Positions 35,321 through 47,900 of a stretch of 64,000 bases of DNA are shown here, piece by piece. Position numbers and translations under genes: made by a program. Below the pieces are notes generated by a model. It saw only the letters and a program-made list of their open reading frames with translations, was not told the DNA's origin and did no database searches. Source of the DNA: Octopus sinensis (lineage: Eukaryota); contig NC_042997.1 of the NCBI RefSeq assembly GCF_006345805.1, positions 58,032,001 through 58,096,000 on the forward strand. The letters run 5' to 3'. Each line of letters opens with the position of its first letter. The first letter of the stretch is position 1.

Positions 35321-35322
35321 AT
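34590..35322. repeat. Compound (GAT)n/(GGT)n trinucleotide array, about 730 bp
   Basis: Interleaved GAT and GGT runs seen directly. Confidence 0.98.
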
Positions 35323-35339
35323 ATTACACTTAAGGACCA

Positions 35340-36870
35340 TGATGTATATATACATATATTACACTTGAGAACCATAAGCCCAACTTCCTCTCCCATCCCA
35401 AATGTAGGCTGATCAACCCCTCTAAAAGTGAAATGGATATCATTAGCAAATGTATTCTCAATACTCCAATATCAGAAGGGTTACAGGGCTGACTCAATGG
35501 AACTCCAGTACAGCCATGATTGATTGGTTCCATGGTATCGAGAATAAATCAGCCTGCAAATTCACCTGGTTTGACATTGTTGACTTCTACCCTTCCATAT
35601 TTAAGCCCCTCCTTCTGAAGGCCCTAACTTTTGCTGAGCAATACACCAGCATTAATGATCTTGATATCAGGGTTATCATGAAGGCCAGAAAATCAATTCT
35701 GGTCCATGACGATTCCTTCTGGGTGAAGAAGGAAGGTGATCCATTGTTTGATGTCTCTATGGGGAGCTTTGATGGGGTTGAAATTACTGACCTTGTCGGG
35801 TTATACATCTTGGATACCCTCAAGAGATGTATTCACCCACATAGGTTGGACCTTTATAGGGACGACAGCCAGGCTATCACAAGCCATATGAATGGCCATG
35901 CCATGGACAAGTTCAGGAAGGACTTGATAAAAATATTCAAGGATTTCAGCTTGTCCATAACAGTAACCAACCTGACTATGGTCGATTTCTGGATATAACT
36001 TTAGACCTGAATATGGGCAAGTATTACCTGTACAGGAAGCCTATACATCCACAAGAGCTCAAACCATCACCATACTGTAATTAGAAACCTGGTTTCAGGC
36101 ATTAGCAAATGACTATCTAATCTCTTGGCCAACAGAGAGATCTTTAACAGGGATGACTAGGAACAGGTTTACTGAGAAGCTCATGTATGTGGACAACCCC
36201 TAAACACCCTCTCTTCACCTCAAAAGGATTTGGAAAAGGAAAATGATATGGTATAACTCCATTTTTTAACCTAGAAGTTTCCACCAACAAGCTAAGGGCT
36301 TCCTGTTGGTAATTAAAAAGCACTTCTCCAGAGGCCACACATATTACAAACCCTTCATCCCTCATAATGTCAAGGTGAGCTACTCCTGCTTAGACAACAC
36401 TTCATCTAACATCGCATGCATCAACAAACATAAAAATGCACCTGCACCACCCCCAACCCCAACCTGAAACTGCTGAAACCATGTGCCTTCAAGAAGGATT
36501 CTGCCTCTCAAGGGCCGTAGTATACAGAGTCACCTTCATGCCATCCAATGGCATTACTAGACACTATACAGGTTTGTTAGCTAATGACTTCAAGGGAAGA
36601 TACTCCCAGCATATGCATTTGTTCAGATCCAGGGACAGAGAGAGCTCTACTTCCCTGTCTTGTTTTCTCTGGATATTCTGTCACTTCTGAGATGAAATAC
36701 CTAGCATCAAGTGGACTGTTGTCAACGGAGTGCTACCATATTCACCCAGTGTCCCCAACTGCCAGATCTGACTCATTGAAAAACTGCATATTCTCCAACA
36801 ACCCACAGTATCCACCAACAAGAAATATGATTTATCTTACTTCTGTCACCAGAAGTATACTCTTCTAGTA
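35340..36870 (+). mobile_element. Decayed Penelope-like element (RT + C-terminal GIY-YIG endonuclease, CxC linker)
   Basis: FDIVDFYPSI, WVKK..LFDVSMGSFDG.E..DLVGL, LYRDD; then C..EG.CL...VVY...HYTGL..NDFKGRY..H...STSLS; stops and frameshifts; clade (Hydra/Neptune-like) uncertain. Confidence 0.85.
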
Positions 36871-37019
36871 AATTTCAAGCCTCTGACAACCCAGATATAC
36901 CACCTTAGTACCAGCTGCTACTCTGCACCTAGGGCACCACTATCAACCCCATGAGCAGGACCACCAATTAGCAATCCCTAATGCTTACCCATTCCCAATG
37001 CATCTCAAGAGTATGATGT

Positions 37020-37290
37020 GCAAGACTTGTTAACATACCTGAGACTGCTGCAGCTATGGTCAGTTTGTTTCTCAATGTAATAAAAACTGAGTACATGACC
37101 ATCAATAAGTATGAAAGCCATCTACTTATTTGTTCCAAGGATGTCACACAACTCAAAGCAGTAACTTCAAGTACCTCTGGTAAGAAAGACTTCTTGATTT
37201 GCAAGAGACAAGTCTGGAGTGTTCATAACAAGTATTTCAGTCAACAAAGCTGGTCCTCTTCTAGGTGTTTGTAGAGAGCATTCTTCTCAA
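37020..37290 (+). mobile_element. RTE-like RT fragment
   Basis: LFLNVIKTEYM motif and downstream residues. Confidence 0.45.
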
Positions 37291-38295
37291 TGGAACTGAA
37301 ATCTGAACTTTAAAGGAGCTTCAGCTATATTAACAAACATTAAGTCTTGATGCCCACTTCTTTGACAAACTTTAGTTCCAGGTCAACCACTGCTACCTAA
37401 CCCCTCTAACAAATGTTTGACCAAATGTACTAATCTGCTTACATTTAGCTTTTGTTTAACCAATGACACTTCACACCTCTGACAGCCTTCTAGTTTTAGT
37501 TAACCAACATTAATCTATCTTTCTGACAACCTGTGTTCTTAGAATAACCAATATGTCATCTTTCTAAGTCTTCAATCCTAAATTGATCAGTTCTACCTCA
37601 CCTCTCTGATTACCTTCATTTTTCCATAACTCCCACCTTTCTGATTACCTTCTGTTCAAGATTAATTAATATTAACTTGCATTAAGTGAGCCTTCAATTC
37701 TATTTAACAAATGACAATCTTCAACTCTTGGTTGTTGTAGTTGTTTATCTCCAGATCAACCCTGAATGAGCAGATTTATGATCAAAGACCTTCTAACTGA
37801 GTTTTAAAGGTTTTACATTACCAAATGTGTCCTTCCTTTTTTGAAGATGCCTGAGTGTTATTTGGTGGAGATTTGGCTTCTATTTCTAGCAGGGTGAGCA
37901 ACTATCCAGAGGTCTTTTAGCTGGCTTATTCAATCTTGACCATCAACTATGGTGTGTCTCTTCTATAGTTATTTCAATATCATCTATTTTGATGAACATT
38001 TTAGTGTCATTCTACTTCAAAAAACTATTTGTTTCACCTAAATTTCTGTTTTCTCACTCATTCTCTAATCTCAATATAACATCTGAGAATATCCACAATA
38101 ATTTCGTTCTAAAAATTCTCATCTTTCTTTTTATATTTATGTCTTAAGAGTATGAAATTAGCATTAACATGAGTCAAATTAAAAAATTAAGTGAAAAAAA
38201 CCCCTCTAATATTCAATAGATTCAAAGTTTGAAAAATATTAGCTGACACACAAAAGGTTTAGAATAAAGGAATTCACTTGATACAAGGGAAAGAG

Positions 38296-38364
<69 letters not shown>

Positions 38365-40052
38365 GCAGATGAATGAATGAATGGATGGATGGATAGATGT
38401 GTTATTTAGGTGGCAATAGACATGTTTGAAAAATTATGTACGACAGATAGTACCACTGCTATATGTGGTTGAATGGTAAAATAACAGTATCTCATCAACC
38501 TAGAACACATTATTTTAACATTACACGTTATCTGAAATAGATAACAGTCTGTCCTAAATCTATTTTCATGTTTTGTAAACATAATAGATTCTCAGATAAG
38601 CATACATTATATATTTGATAAAACGTAAGTTTTATTTTGCCTACATATGATATTAGTTTCAAATTTTGGCACAAGGCCAGAAGGTTTAGGGGAGGGACTA
38701 ATTTGCTTAAATGAACCCCAGTGTTCAACTTTCAACCCTGAAAGGCAAAGTCAACACTGGTGGAGTTTGAACTCAGAACGTAAAGATGGAGGAAATGCCA
38801 CTAAGCATTTTACTTGGCATGCTAATGATTCTGCCAGCTTGCCATCTTAGCCTACTTATAATATTGGTTTCAAAATTTAGCACAAGGCTAGCAGTTTCAG
38901 GGGAGTGGCTAAGTTGATTACATTCTTATTCTAGCAACTATACCTTTGAAATACCCACTTTCTGCTAATTAAATCACCTCATAAAAACATCAGAAGCTAT
39001 CAGTACTTCTAGGGAGTCTTCTGGGTATCTGAAGTAATTTATTCCATGTTTTCTATTACAGCTAACTGCTCCCCTGCATCTGCCATTTATCAAATCTCTC
39101 TTCCTTTTCAGCCTGCCTATGATTTCCCTACTTATTTTGTACGTCCAGTTTACAATAGATATACCAAATGAAATTTGTGCTTATACACTCACGGAGTGGT
39201 TGGCGTTAGGAAGGGCATCCAGCTGTAGAAACACTGCCAGATCAGACTGGAGCCTGGTGCAGCCACCTGGCTTCCCAGACCCCAGTCGAACCGTCCAACC
39301 CATGCTGGCATGGAAAATGGACGTTAAACGATGATGATGATGACAGTATACCCATAGTAAACCATAGATGCACAAGAACTATAATAGCCTGGTTGGCAAG
39401 AAGGGTAGTCTTCATATATATTACCACACATATCAGTTTATAATATTCAGGAACCTGCAGAAAAAGCGTGGCAAAAACTGAACCTTACAAAGATAACGAA
39501 GGACAGCAACAAGTGACCAGACACTACAGTGAAGATCCAACCGGAAAAAATAGATGTAAAGTGAGGATGACGATATAATTTATATTTACATAATAATATT
39601 ATATATATGTGTATATATTATTATGTAAATATCTTTCGACTTATTTTCTTCTACAAATAAAAAAAAATATATAAAGAGTTAAAAAAAATCATTAAAACAA
39701 TTTTATAGATGTTATTATGAAAGAACGATTTTTAAATAATCGTTCATATCTAGAATTGCTTCCCTTGAACTGTAAGCAAAAGCAAGAAATTTTAACGATA
39801 TTACACCAGGGATAAAGGTGTATGCTTTAAGACCTCAGAGAACCCGGTGTCACCACGATACAATATCGATGGTGCATCCTCACATGAATGAAGAACTATA
39901 GTATATGCTTGTACAGTTATTTTTTCCGGATTACATTTTGGCATAAGAAAGCCATAGGTAGAGTTGCTTCCCTTGATCTATAAATCAAAACGTGTTAGAA
40001 AATAATTCAACATTTCAATAAAGAAAATCAATTTTATTTATAAACAATGCAA

Positions 40053-40278
40053 TTAACTCTTTAGCATTCATATTACTGTCAAATGTAATACCTATTTATT
40101 CACACTGTTTTCAGTTAATCATGCATTGTGTTATAGCTTTGAGATTTTAATGGTGTGATTGTTTATTCTTAGAATGACATTGTAGGGTAGATGTGAGAGG
40201 CCAGATCTGGCTGATTTAAACATAAAACAGACTGAATATTTGGGCTGCACATGGCCAGTTGAAATGCTAAGGGGTTAA
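40053..40278. mobile_element. piggyBac-type MITE copy
   Basis: As 4221-4449. Confidence 0.8.
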
Positions 40279-41672
40279 ATATGTTTTGAAATATTGAGTG
40301 GAATGACAAAATATTTGAAGTATTTGAAAGAAAACTTGAGTTTCTAGTATTTATCAATATTATTTATGGATAAATATCATGTTTGATAGCATATATGATG
40401 TACTTTTTCCAAAAAATGTCCCCCAAAATCATCCTGGGTCCTTTATGAAAAGTTGGGCCTATATTGCATACTTTAATGCACTAAAACCATTTTTAAAAAA
40501 TATGTACTGATGAAATTAAGGTGCTTCTAATATGCCCTTAAGTCTTTTGTGCCTTCAAAGATGGTACTGTTATTTTCATTTACAATTTTGGTTATGTGAT
40601 CCCAGGTAACTCTGATTGAAGATGCCTATGAGCAAACACGTTATGGCTGTGACCATCCTGTCATTTTGTAAGACATTGTGCACCCAAGACATTATCTAAT
40701 ATGACCTTCTTTTTTAAGTAAGTGAAATATGTTTTATGAGATTTGGCTACTATTTCTAACAGGTCAAATGACTGTGTTCAAACTTCTTAATTGACTCACA
40801 TGAAATGAACATCATTATGACTGCAACTAGTTCTAACAAAAGAATGAATTCTTGTAACCATATTTTCAATATATGACCAGTATTCTTTGGTTTAATATAT
40901 TAATTTTGTCACTGAGATCTATGTATTTTGTCAAAACCTCTCTTAAGCTGACTTATCACTGCTAAATAGTTATACTGTAAAAATGATGTTTGAATTTATA
41001 AATAAGGGAATATACAGACAAATTATAATTTTGTAGGGGAGCGATGTTGAACTCTAACATGCAAGTAATAATTGCATCATTCATCTTAAAAGGATAAATG
41101 ACAAAATTACAATCAGCAAAGTTTGAATTTAGAAGGAAGAAGAACTAATACACAAAACAAAGTATGTAGGTTATCTCCTTTGAATTACAATAAAGATTTC
41201 TTATAGTGTCAGAGGTGTACAAAATTGTGTATAAACGCACTCAATATATCAATAAAAATATGCACAAGTAAAATGAGGCAAATCATAAGGTAAAGAGATA
41301 AACAAATGAACAACATATGAATTTCGACAAATAAAACACATGGTGAAAGAAGTGCAGAAAAATGAAATGAGACAATAACAATCAAAGAGTGTGTAGATTG
41401 AAAATAAATACGGGAAATGAAAAAAAAAAAGAGGATCTAAAGTTTTGGGTCATACTCTTAATCAAAGAAAATTAGAAAAAATAAGAAAACAGGTATGAAA
41501 AATTAGAAATATAACGTTTGTTTACATTGCAGCCTTGGTGTGTGTCTGAGAATGAGTTGGATGCTTATTGCTGCAACAATAGGCTCAGAATTAATATGTT
41601 TCACATAGCATCGGTGATAAAGTTTAATAATATTGTAACTGCATATCTATGTTGTGATTATATGTATACGTT

Positions 41673-41678
41673 TTTATT
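41673..41678 (-). terminator. Candidate TMEM231 polyadenylation signal AATAAA
   Basis: About 100 nt after the stop codon. Confidence 0.4.
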
Positions 41679-41779
41679 GTTGTTGTGTAATTCTGATATC
41701 TTGTATGGCTATACCAGTCAGTATAGTAGCTTGGTATATATAAAGTGAACACCAACACAAATGTCATCCAAGAACAGCT

Positions 41780-41951
41780 TCAGGAAAGTTTCAGCCCAGT
41801 ATCTCTGTAAGGTCTTGTTATGATTGTATTCACAAGCTGGTTGCTAAATATGAACACCTTTAGGTTATGAGCCGCTACAAGGAAGAAAAACAGCAATGAT
41901 ACATACTGCACCCAACCCCACTTTAGTTGGTACAGTAGGCTTGGAGAATAA
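41780..41951 (-). CDS. TMEM231: TMEM231 exon 7 (YSPSLLYQLKWGWVQY...GLKLS*)
   Basis: Second TM helix, stop at 41782-41780; 5' boundary is 41951 (TG acceptor) or 41939 (AG acceptor). Confidence 0.9.
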
Positions 41952-44900
41952 CAAGGAAGAGTCAAGGAAAAAAAGTAAACTTTGGAGGGAGAGAAAAGAA
42001 ATGCTGGTCTAAAGAAAAGCTACAAGTTGAATATAAAATTGATTTAGTATCATCAATGTAATGTTTGGTTTTCCATGCTGATGTATACTAGATATATTTG
42101 TAATATATCTTTCCTTTCAAGTTTTGGTACAAGGCCTGCAATCTCAAGGGGAGAGGGTAAATTGATCACACTGACACTGCCCCACCCCACCCAGTGTTTA
42201 ACTGGTACTTCTTTTATAAACTCTGGAAGGATGAAAGGCAAAGTCGACCTTGGCGGAATTTGAACTCAGAACGTAGTGGCAGACGAAATGCCGATAAGCA
42301 TTTCGCCTGGCGTGTTAACGTTTCTGCCAGCTCGCCGCCTAATGTGCTAATGATTCTGTCAGCTCACCACCTTATATAATGTAAATATTAATTTCAAATT
42401 TTTGTGCAGGGCCAGTGGTTTTAGGGGAAGGAGTAAGTCAATTATGTCAAATCCAGGACTCAACTGGTACATATTTTATCAACCCCAAAAGGATGAAAGG
42501 CAAAGCCAATCCTGGTGGAATTTGAACTCAGATCGTAAAGAGAGATGAAGTACCCTTAACGATTTCATCTGGCGTAATAATTCTGCCAGCTTGCTGCCTT
42601 ATCTCATGTAAATATCAATAATTGTTTTCTCATTAGAAATGAGATTTAAAGTTTGAAAAATGATTATTGTATTAACAATAATTTGAAGCTATGATGTACA
42701 TCAGAATAATAAACTAATAAATTTCAGCCAACATTGTAAATCAATCTTGAATTTAATTCACACACACAGTATTGGCTATCTAGATTTATTCTGTACTACA
42801 TCATAGCATCAAAACCAAACACTGCTCATCTGTCAGTAATATATTCACAATAATTTATCTCAGATATTTAATTTCTTAAGCATTACTCTAGCTATCCTCT
42901 TTCAAACCTTCTTTAACCTATCCCAAACTCATATTTTCTCTTTTTGTCTTGTAACCGCATTTATCTGGGAGGGGTTAAACTGGCTCCTATTGCATTCAGT
43001 GTCATGGGTCAAAACAATCCATGCATGTCTGTCGTTGGCCAATTCTGTAGTGTGTTGAAGCCATTCCCAGTTGCAGCAATGAATGTCAAAGACTTGAGGA
43101 CCAGAAATGAGCTCCATATCTGCTTTGACTGTTGTGAGCCACGTCTTCAGCTGACCACCTCTCCACTTATGCCAACCCAGGGGAGGATTTGATGCTATTG
43201 CCTTCTGGATGATTTCAATATGGGGGCACCGCAATGTATGACCAAACCACTGTAGTCTCCTTGTCAGAAGAGTTCCCTTAGGAGGTGAGAGATTGCAGTG
43301 AGCATAAAGTTGTTGGTTCAAAATGCAGTGTGAGATACACAGTCAGAGAAGATGATGAATACAGAAGCAGTCAAAGACCTCCAACTTCTGGAGATAAGCA
43401 ACATGCATTGGTCAGGTCTCACAACCATAGAAAAGAACTGTTTGGACGAGCACCTGGTAAATACAGCATTTTATAGTGAGGCTGTATTATCCACAACACT
43501 ACACAACTTTATGTTATCCATAACACCATGTCACTCTTCAGCCATCTAATCATTTGAAGTAGGCAGAAACTTTGTGAAAGACTGTTTTGCATAACTGTCC
43601 TTAAAGAGTTACGACCACAAATATTTTAGCTTAATACAGGGTGTCCCAAAAGTCACTGATAGGTTTCAATTTTTAATAACTTCCTTAACTTTACAAATAA
43701 ATGCATGAAATTTTGATACAATATAAATGATGTAATGGAAATTAATATGCACAAGTCAAATTTTGCAACACCACTACATCACATATGAAAAATGACATTG
43801 CTTAAATGGTAGCCATTTTCAGCTTTGCAAATTGAAACCCATCAGTGACTTTTGGGACACCCTGTACATACCCAAGTTTCTAGTTGCTCATCTTGATATT
43901 ATTCTATGTAAATGTTTAACCCATTAGCATTCAAATTATTGTCAAATGTAATACTTATTCATTTACATTATTTTGAATTAATCATGCTTTATCTTGAAGC
44001 TTCAAGATTATGATGATGTGATTGTTTATTTTTAGAATAACATTATAAGGTATGTGTCAGAAGCCAAATTTGACCAGTTTGAACATAAAGTAGAATATTT
44101 GGGCCAGATAAGGCCGGTTTGAATGCTAAAGGGTTAAGACATGCTATAGTTACTTAGGGGGAATATGAAACTCTATCTCATAAGTTTATAAACCAAGTCT
44201 TCCATAGTGTTGTATTTTGGTTGTTATTTTGGATAATCATCATGCTATCACCAGATCCACATTCAACATAAATTATCACCTATATAACAGAGTTTATCTT
44301 CTACTTTCATTAAGTTCTCTATCTGAGCAGTTCATAGTTTTTAATTCATAATTCATATTTCAAGTAAGAACCACACATACTCTTAGCTTTCGTAAACTAT
44401 TCCCAGCATTAAAAAATTCTTGCTACACATGATAGAAAGTTACATAGCTATTCCACTCAGCTATCAATTATAATACCAAAGTGCATGTGTGTGTGTGCGC
44501 GCATGCACACACACACACACACATGAGAATGTTGAAGATGAAGAACTGAAAGAAAGTAGGACAATTTAAAAGGTAATGTCCATAGCTTAAATAGTCTTTC
44601 AAAAATACCATTTAATAAAAGAAAAATTAAGAAACTATTTGCATAAAAGCAAATAACTAAATATAATAAAAAATACACAGAGAGTAAAATGAAATTAAAT
44701 AAAGATTGAAGAAATTATAGAACTCAGTACCTCTGCTGACCCAGAAGTTTTAAATACTCTAATAATAATTAGAGCCAAGGCGATGAGCTGGCAGAATCAT
44801 TAGCACACCAGGTAAAATGCTTAGCGGCATTTTGTTCATCTTTATGTTCTGAATTCAAATTCTGCCACGGTTGACTTTGCCATTCATCCTTTTGGGGTTG

Positions 44901-47900
44901 ATGTAATTAACTTTTCCCCTGCTCCCAAACTGTGCCAAAGTTTGAAACCAACATTAATCAGAGCCAATAAATATTTTAATTCTAAGGCACTCTTTACTCT
45001 GTAATGTACTTAAATATGCCCCACTATGCTATTCTGTTTTCACATCTGTCACCCTTTTTTGATCAGTAACATCTCAGATTACATCCAAATATCATTTACC
45101 TTATTGATAGATTTCTCTTCATTCAGAATATTTATTCTCTATGATTACGTTGTTATTTCACTACTTGTATCATAATAGAATCTGCTCTTTAAATTTTACT
45201 AGTTGCATACAATATTGACTCTTCACGAACTCTCCCACTGAATTTGCCTGGCTCCTCATGTGCTGAAAACCCACATCAAAGATTACATTCCAAGGATCCA
45301 TGCTATCATTAGATTCACATTCAATATAAATTATTATCACTTATATAACAGAGTTTATTCTTTTACTTTTCAGTAAGTTCTCTATCTGAGCAGTTCATAG
45401 TTTTCAATTCATAATACATTAATTCAAGAAAGAACTACATATACTCTTGGCTTTCATAAACCATTCCCAGCTCTCTGTACTACTCACCCAATTCACAGAC
45501 TCCAAATTCAAAATTTATCTTAGTCTTATCAATTTCAATCATTCTCTCCAGGTTCCAAATTCAAAAAGGTTGTTTATAAGCTATAACAATAGCCTTCTTC
45601 CTCAGAAATGAAAATAACATTAAGCACAGTGCTTAGATCCCTTCTAATCATTAAGGTATCAAACCTCTACAAATGTCTATTTTCAAAGTAAAATACCAGA
45701 ATGTATTGACCAGCAGCCACTCAGTAACTCTGGATTTTATGACTAACATACTTCAAGTCAGCTGTAGAAATATTTTAGTGGAGAGAGAAATTATAGAAAA
45801 GGTTAAATTTTCTTTTCAGTCATATGAAGTTTGTTGACATTTATAACCAAATCTATAATTAGCCAATAAACTGACCAACTGACAAATTGCAGAGTTTACT
45901 ATCTTCTGAAAGAATTACTAAAGTTGGTAGGTCAGTGATAGAACTAAATCAACAAGAACACCAATTATTTCATAATATATTCTTCGAGTCAATTTGAGTT
46001 AATGAAGCCCTGATCTTATTTTCCTTAATAATTTAAGTATTTTATATTTTGCATGCTGTAGAAAGTCATGTTTTTAATTTTTAATAAACCACACTAATTG
46101 CTTGTATCTTAGTGATGTGTGATTTGGTTATAATAAAAATTATGTATAGAGTGGTGTGGTTGTGTGGTCAGAAATTTGTTTCCTGACAACATGGCTTCTG
46201 AGTTCAATTCCAGGCGGTGACCTGAATAATAATAATAATAAGAAGAAGAAGAAGAAGAATTTCCCTAAGACAGCCATGAAGGCTGGAGGGTATATCAGCC
46301 AAAATGTTGAGTTAACAACAAACAAGATGAGTACAAATATCCATCAAATGTAAATAATACCCAGCTTACCAGTTTTTAGTCAAACTGTCCAGCCTATGCC
46401 AGCATGGAAAACAGACGTTGTTAAATGATGATGATGATGATGATGATGAAATTCAACAAAAAGGCATCCTAATCATGGAAAACTGGATGTAGTCATTTCA
46501 TTCAAATTAAGGTGCATTCCAGAAGTTTTGAGACTTATTTTACTGATAGTAATTTTAGCATGTCATTACTATACATATTATTACCTGACCTGCCGACTTT
46601 TATTTTTCCAGATTGAAAGAGACAGCTGTTACAGCACTTTGAACACACTCTACTGAACAGTACTTCTCACAGCTGGCTAGCTTGCAGAATGCAGTTGAGA
46701 TTGAAGACAATTTAGAAGCTTGCTATGCAATAAAGTTTTGTGTTAAACAAGGCAAAATGCTACAGACTGTTCATAGATTAACTTGTATGAGCTGAGCATG
46801 TTTTTTGCCGCAAAGAGAGATTCAAGGATAATGGAGAGGAGGTGAGAGACGATGAGAAGTGTGTGCATGTGTGTGTGTGTGGGAAAGAGGGACATCAGGA
46901 CATCCTGAGAAAATTTGCAATGGTTTGGATGAAGAACACTGTGTGTCTATAAAGACAAAAAGCATAGATTTAGTGTGGCAACCGTACACAGAATTATTCA
47001 TGAAGATCTGAACATGCAAAAAATTTATGCAAAGTTTGCTCCCAGAGGGCTCAGTGATCAACAGAAAGGAAGATGTGCTGGAGATGGTTGAGCTCATTAC
47101 TTCCAGTCCTAGAGTACTTGAATCTCTGGTGACTTGTAACAAAAGATGAGCCTACTGTTATGATCCAGAAACCAAGAGACAGAGTGCCCAATGAAAGCAT
47201 CTTGTCAGTCCTAGACCCAAGAAGGTCAGGCAAAGCAAGTCCATTGGGAAGCTGATGATGATCCCTGTTTTTAGCAGCAAGGGTTTCATCTATATCTATT
47301 GGGTTTTCTCTGATCAGATGGTCAACAAAGAATACTTTGTGGAGGTTTTGAGAGAGTTCAGAAAAGATTTTGTTGCAAAAGGCCAGAGCTCTTCCACTTG
47401 GGTTGGTGGCACCTGCACCAGGGCAATGCACCAGTCTGCAATTCCATCCTGGTAACCAACAACTTGACAGAGATAAGCATCAAAACTATCCCTCACCCTC
47501 TCTACAGTCTAGACCTTGTTCCTAAGACTTTTGGTCGTTCCCCAAGTTGAAGGAGAACCTCAGGGGCAGTTCTTTTGAAGATGAAGAAGGCTGTGTCAAG
47601 AGTCCTGGATACTTTCACTTTGGAGGACTTCCATGGGGCCTTCATGAAGTGGCTGGTGCACTACAACAAGTGCATTGAAGCCAGAGGATCCAACTTTGAA
47701 GGAGATTAGAGTTTTGTACTTCTTTGAAATTAGTAAATGTATCTCCTGAAAAAGTTTCAAAAATTCTAGAATGCACCTCAAATATATTCATTTGTCTTAT
47801 ATTCATTTTCCCAGGTTAGCATGGTTTAAGCAAGAACATATTACTGAGGTATTGTTTTACAGCCAGATGTCCTTCCTGTTACTAACCTATCTTACAAGTA

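Noticed and set aside
34350-35396. Poly-His, poly-Asp/Gly, poly-Met/Val and poly-Pro/Ser ORFs of 260-330 aa
   Set aside because: Frame read-throughs of the GAT/GGT array; no splice or codon evidence for a protein.
39525-39560. GUGAAGA-UCC/GGA-AAAA hammerhead-like string
   Set aside because: G3 without C8, no GAAA, no stem I or III; compatible with chance.
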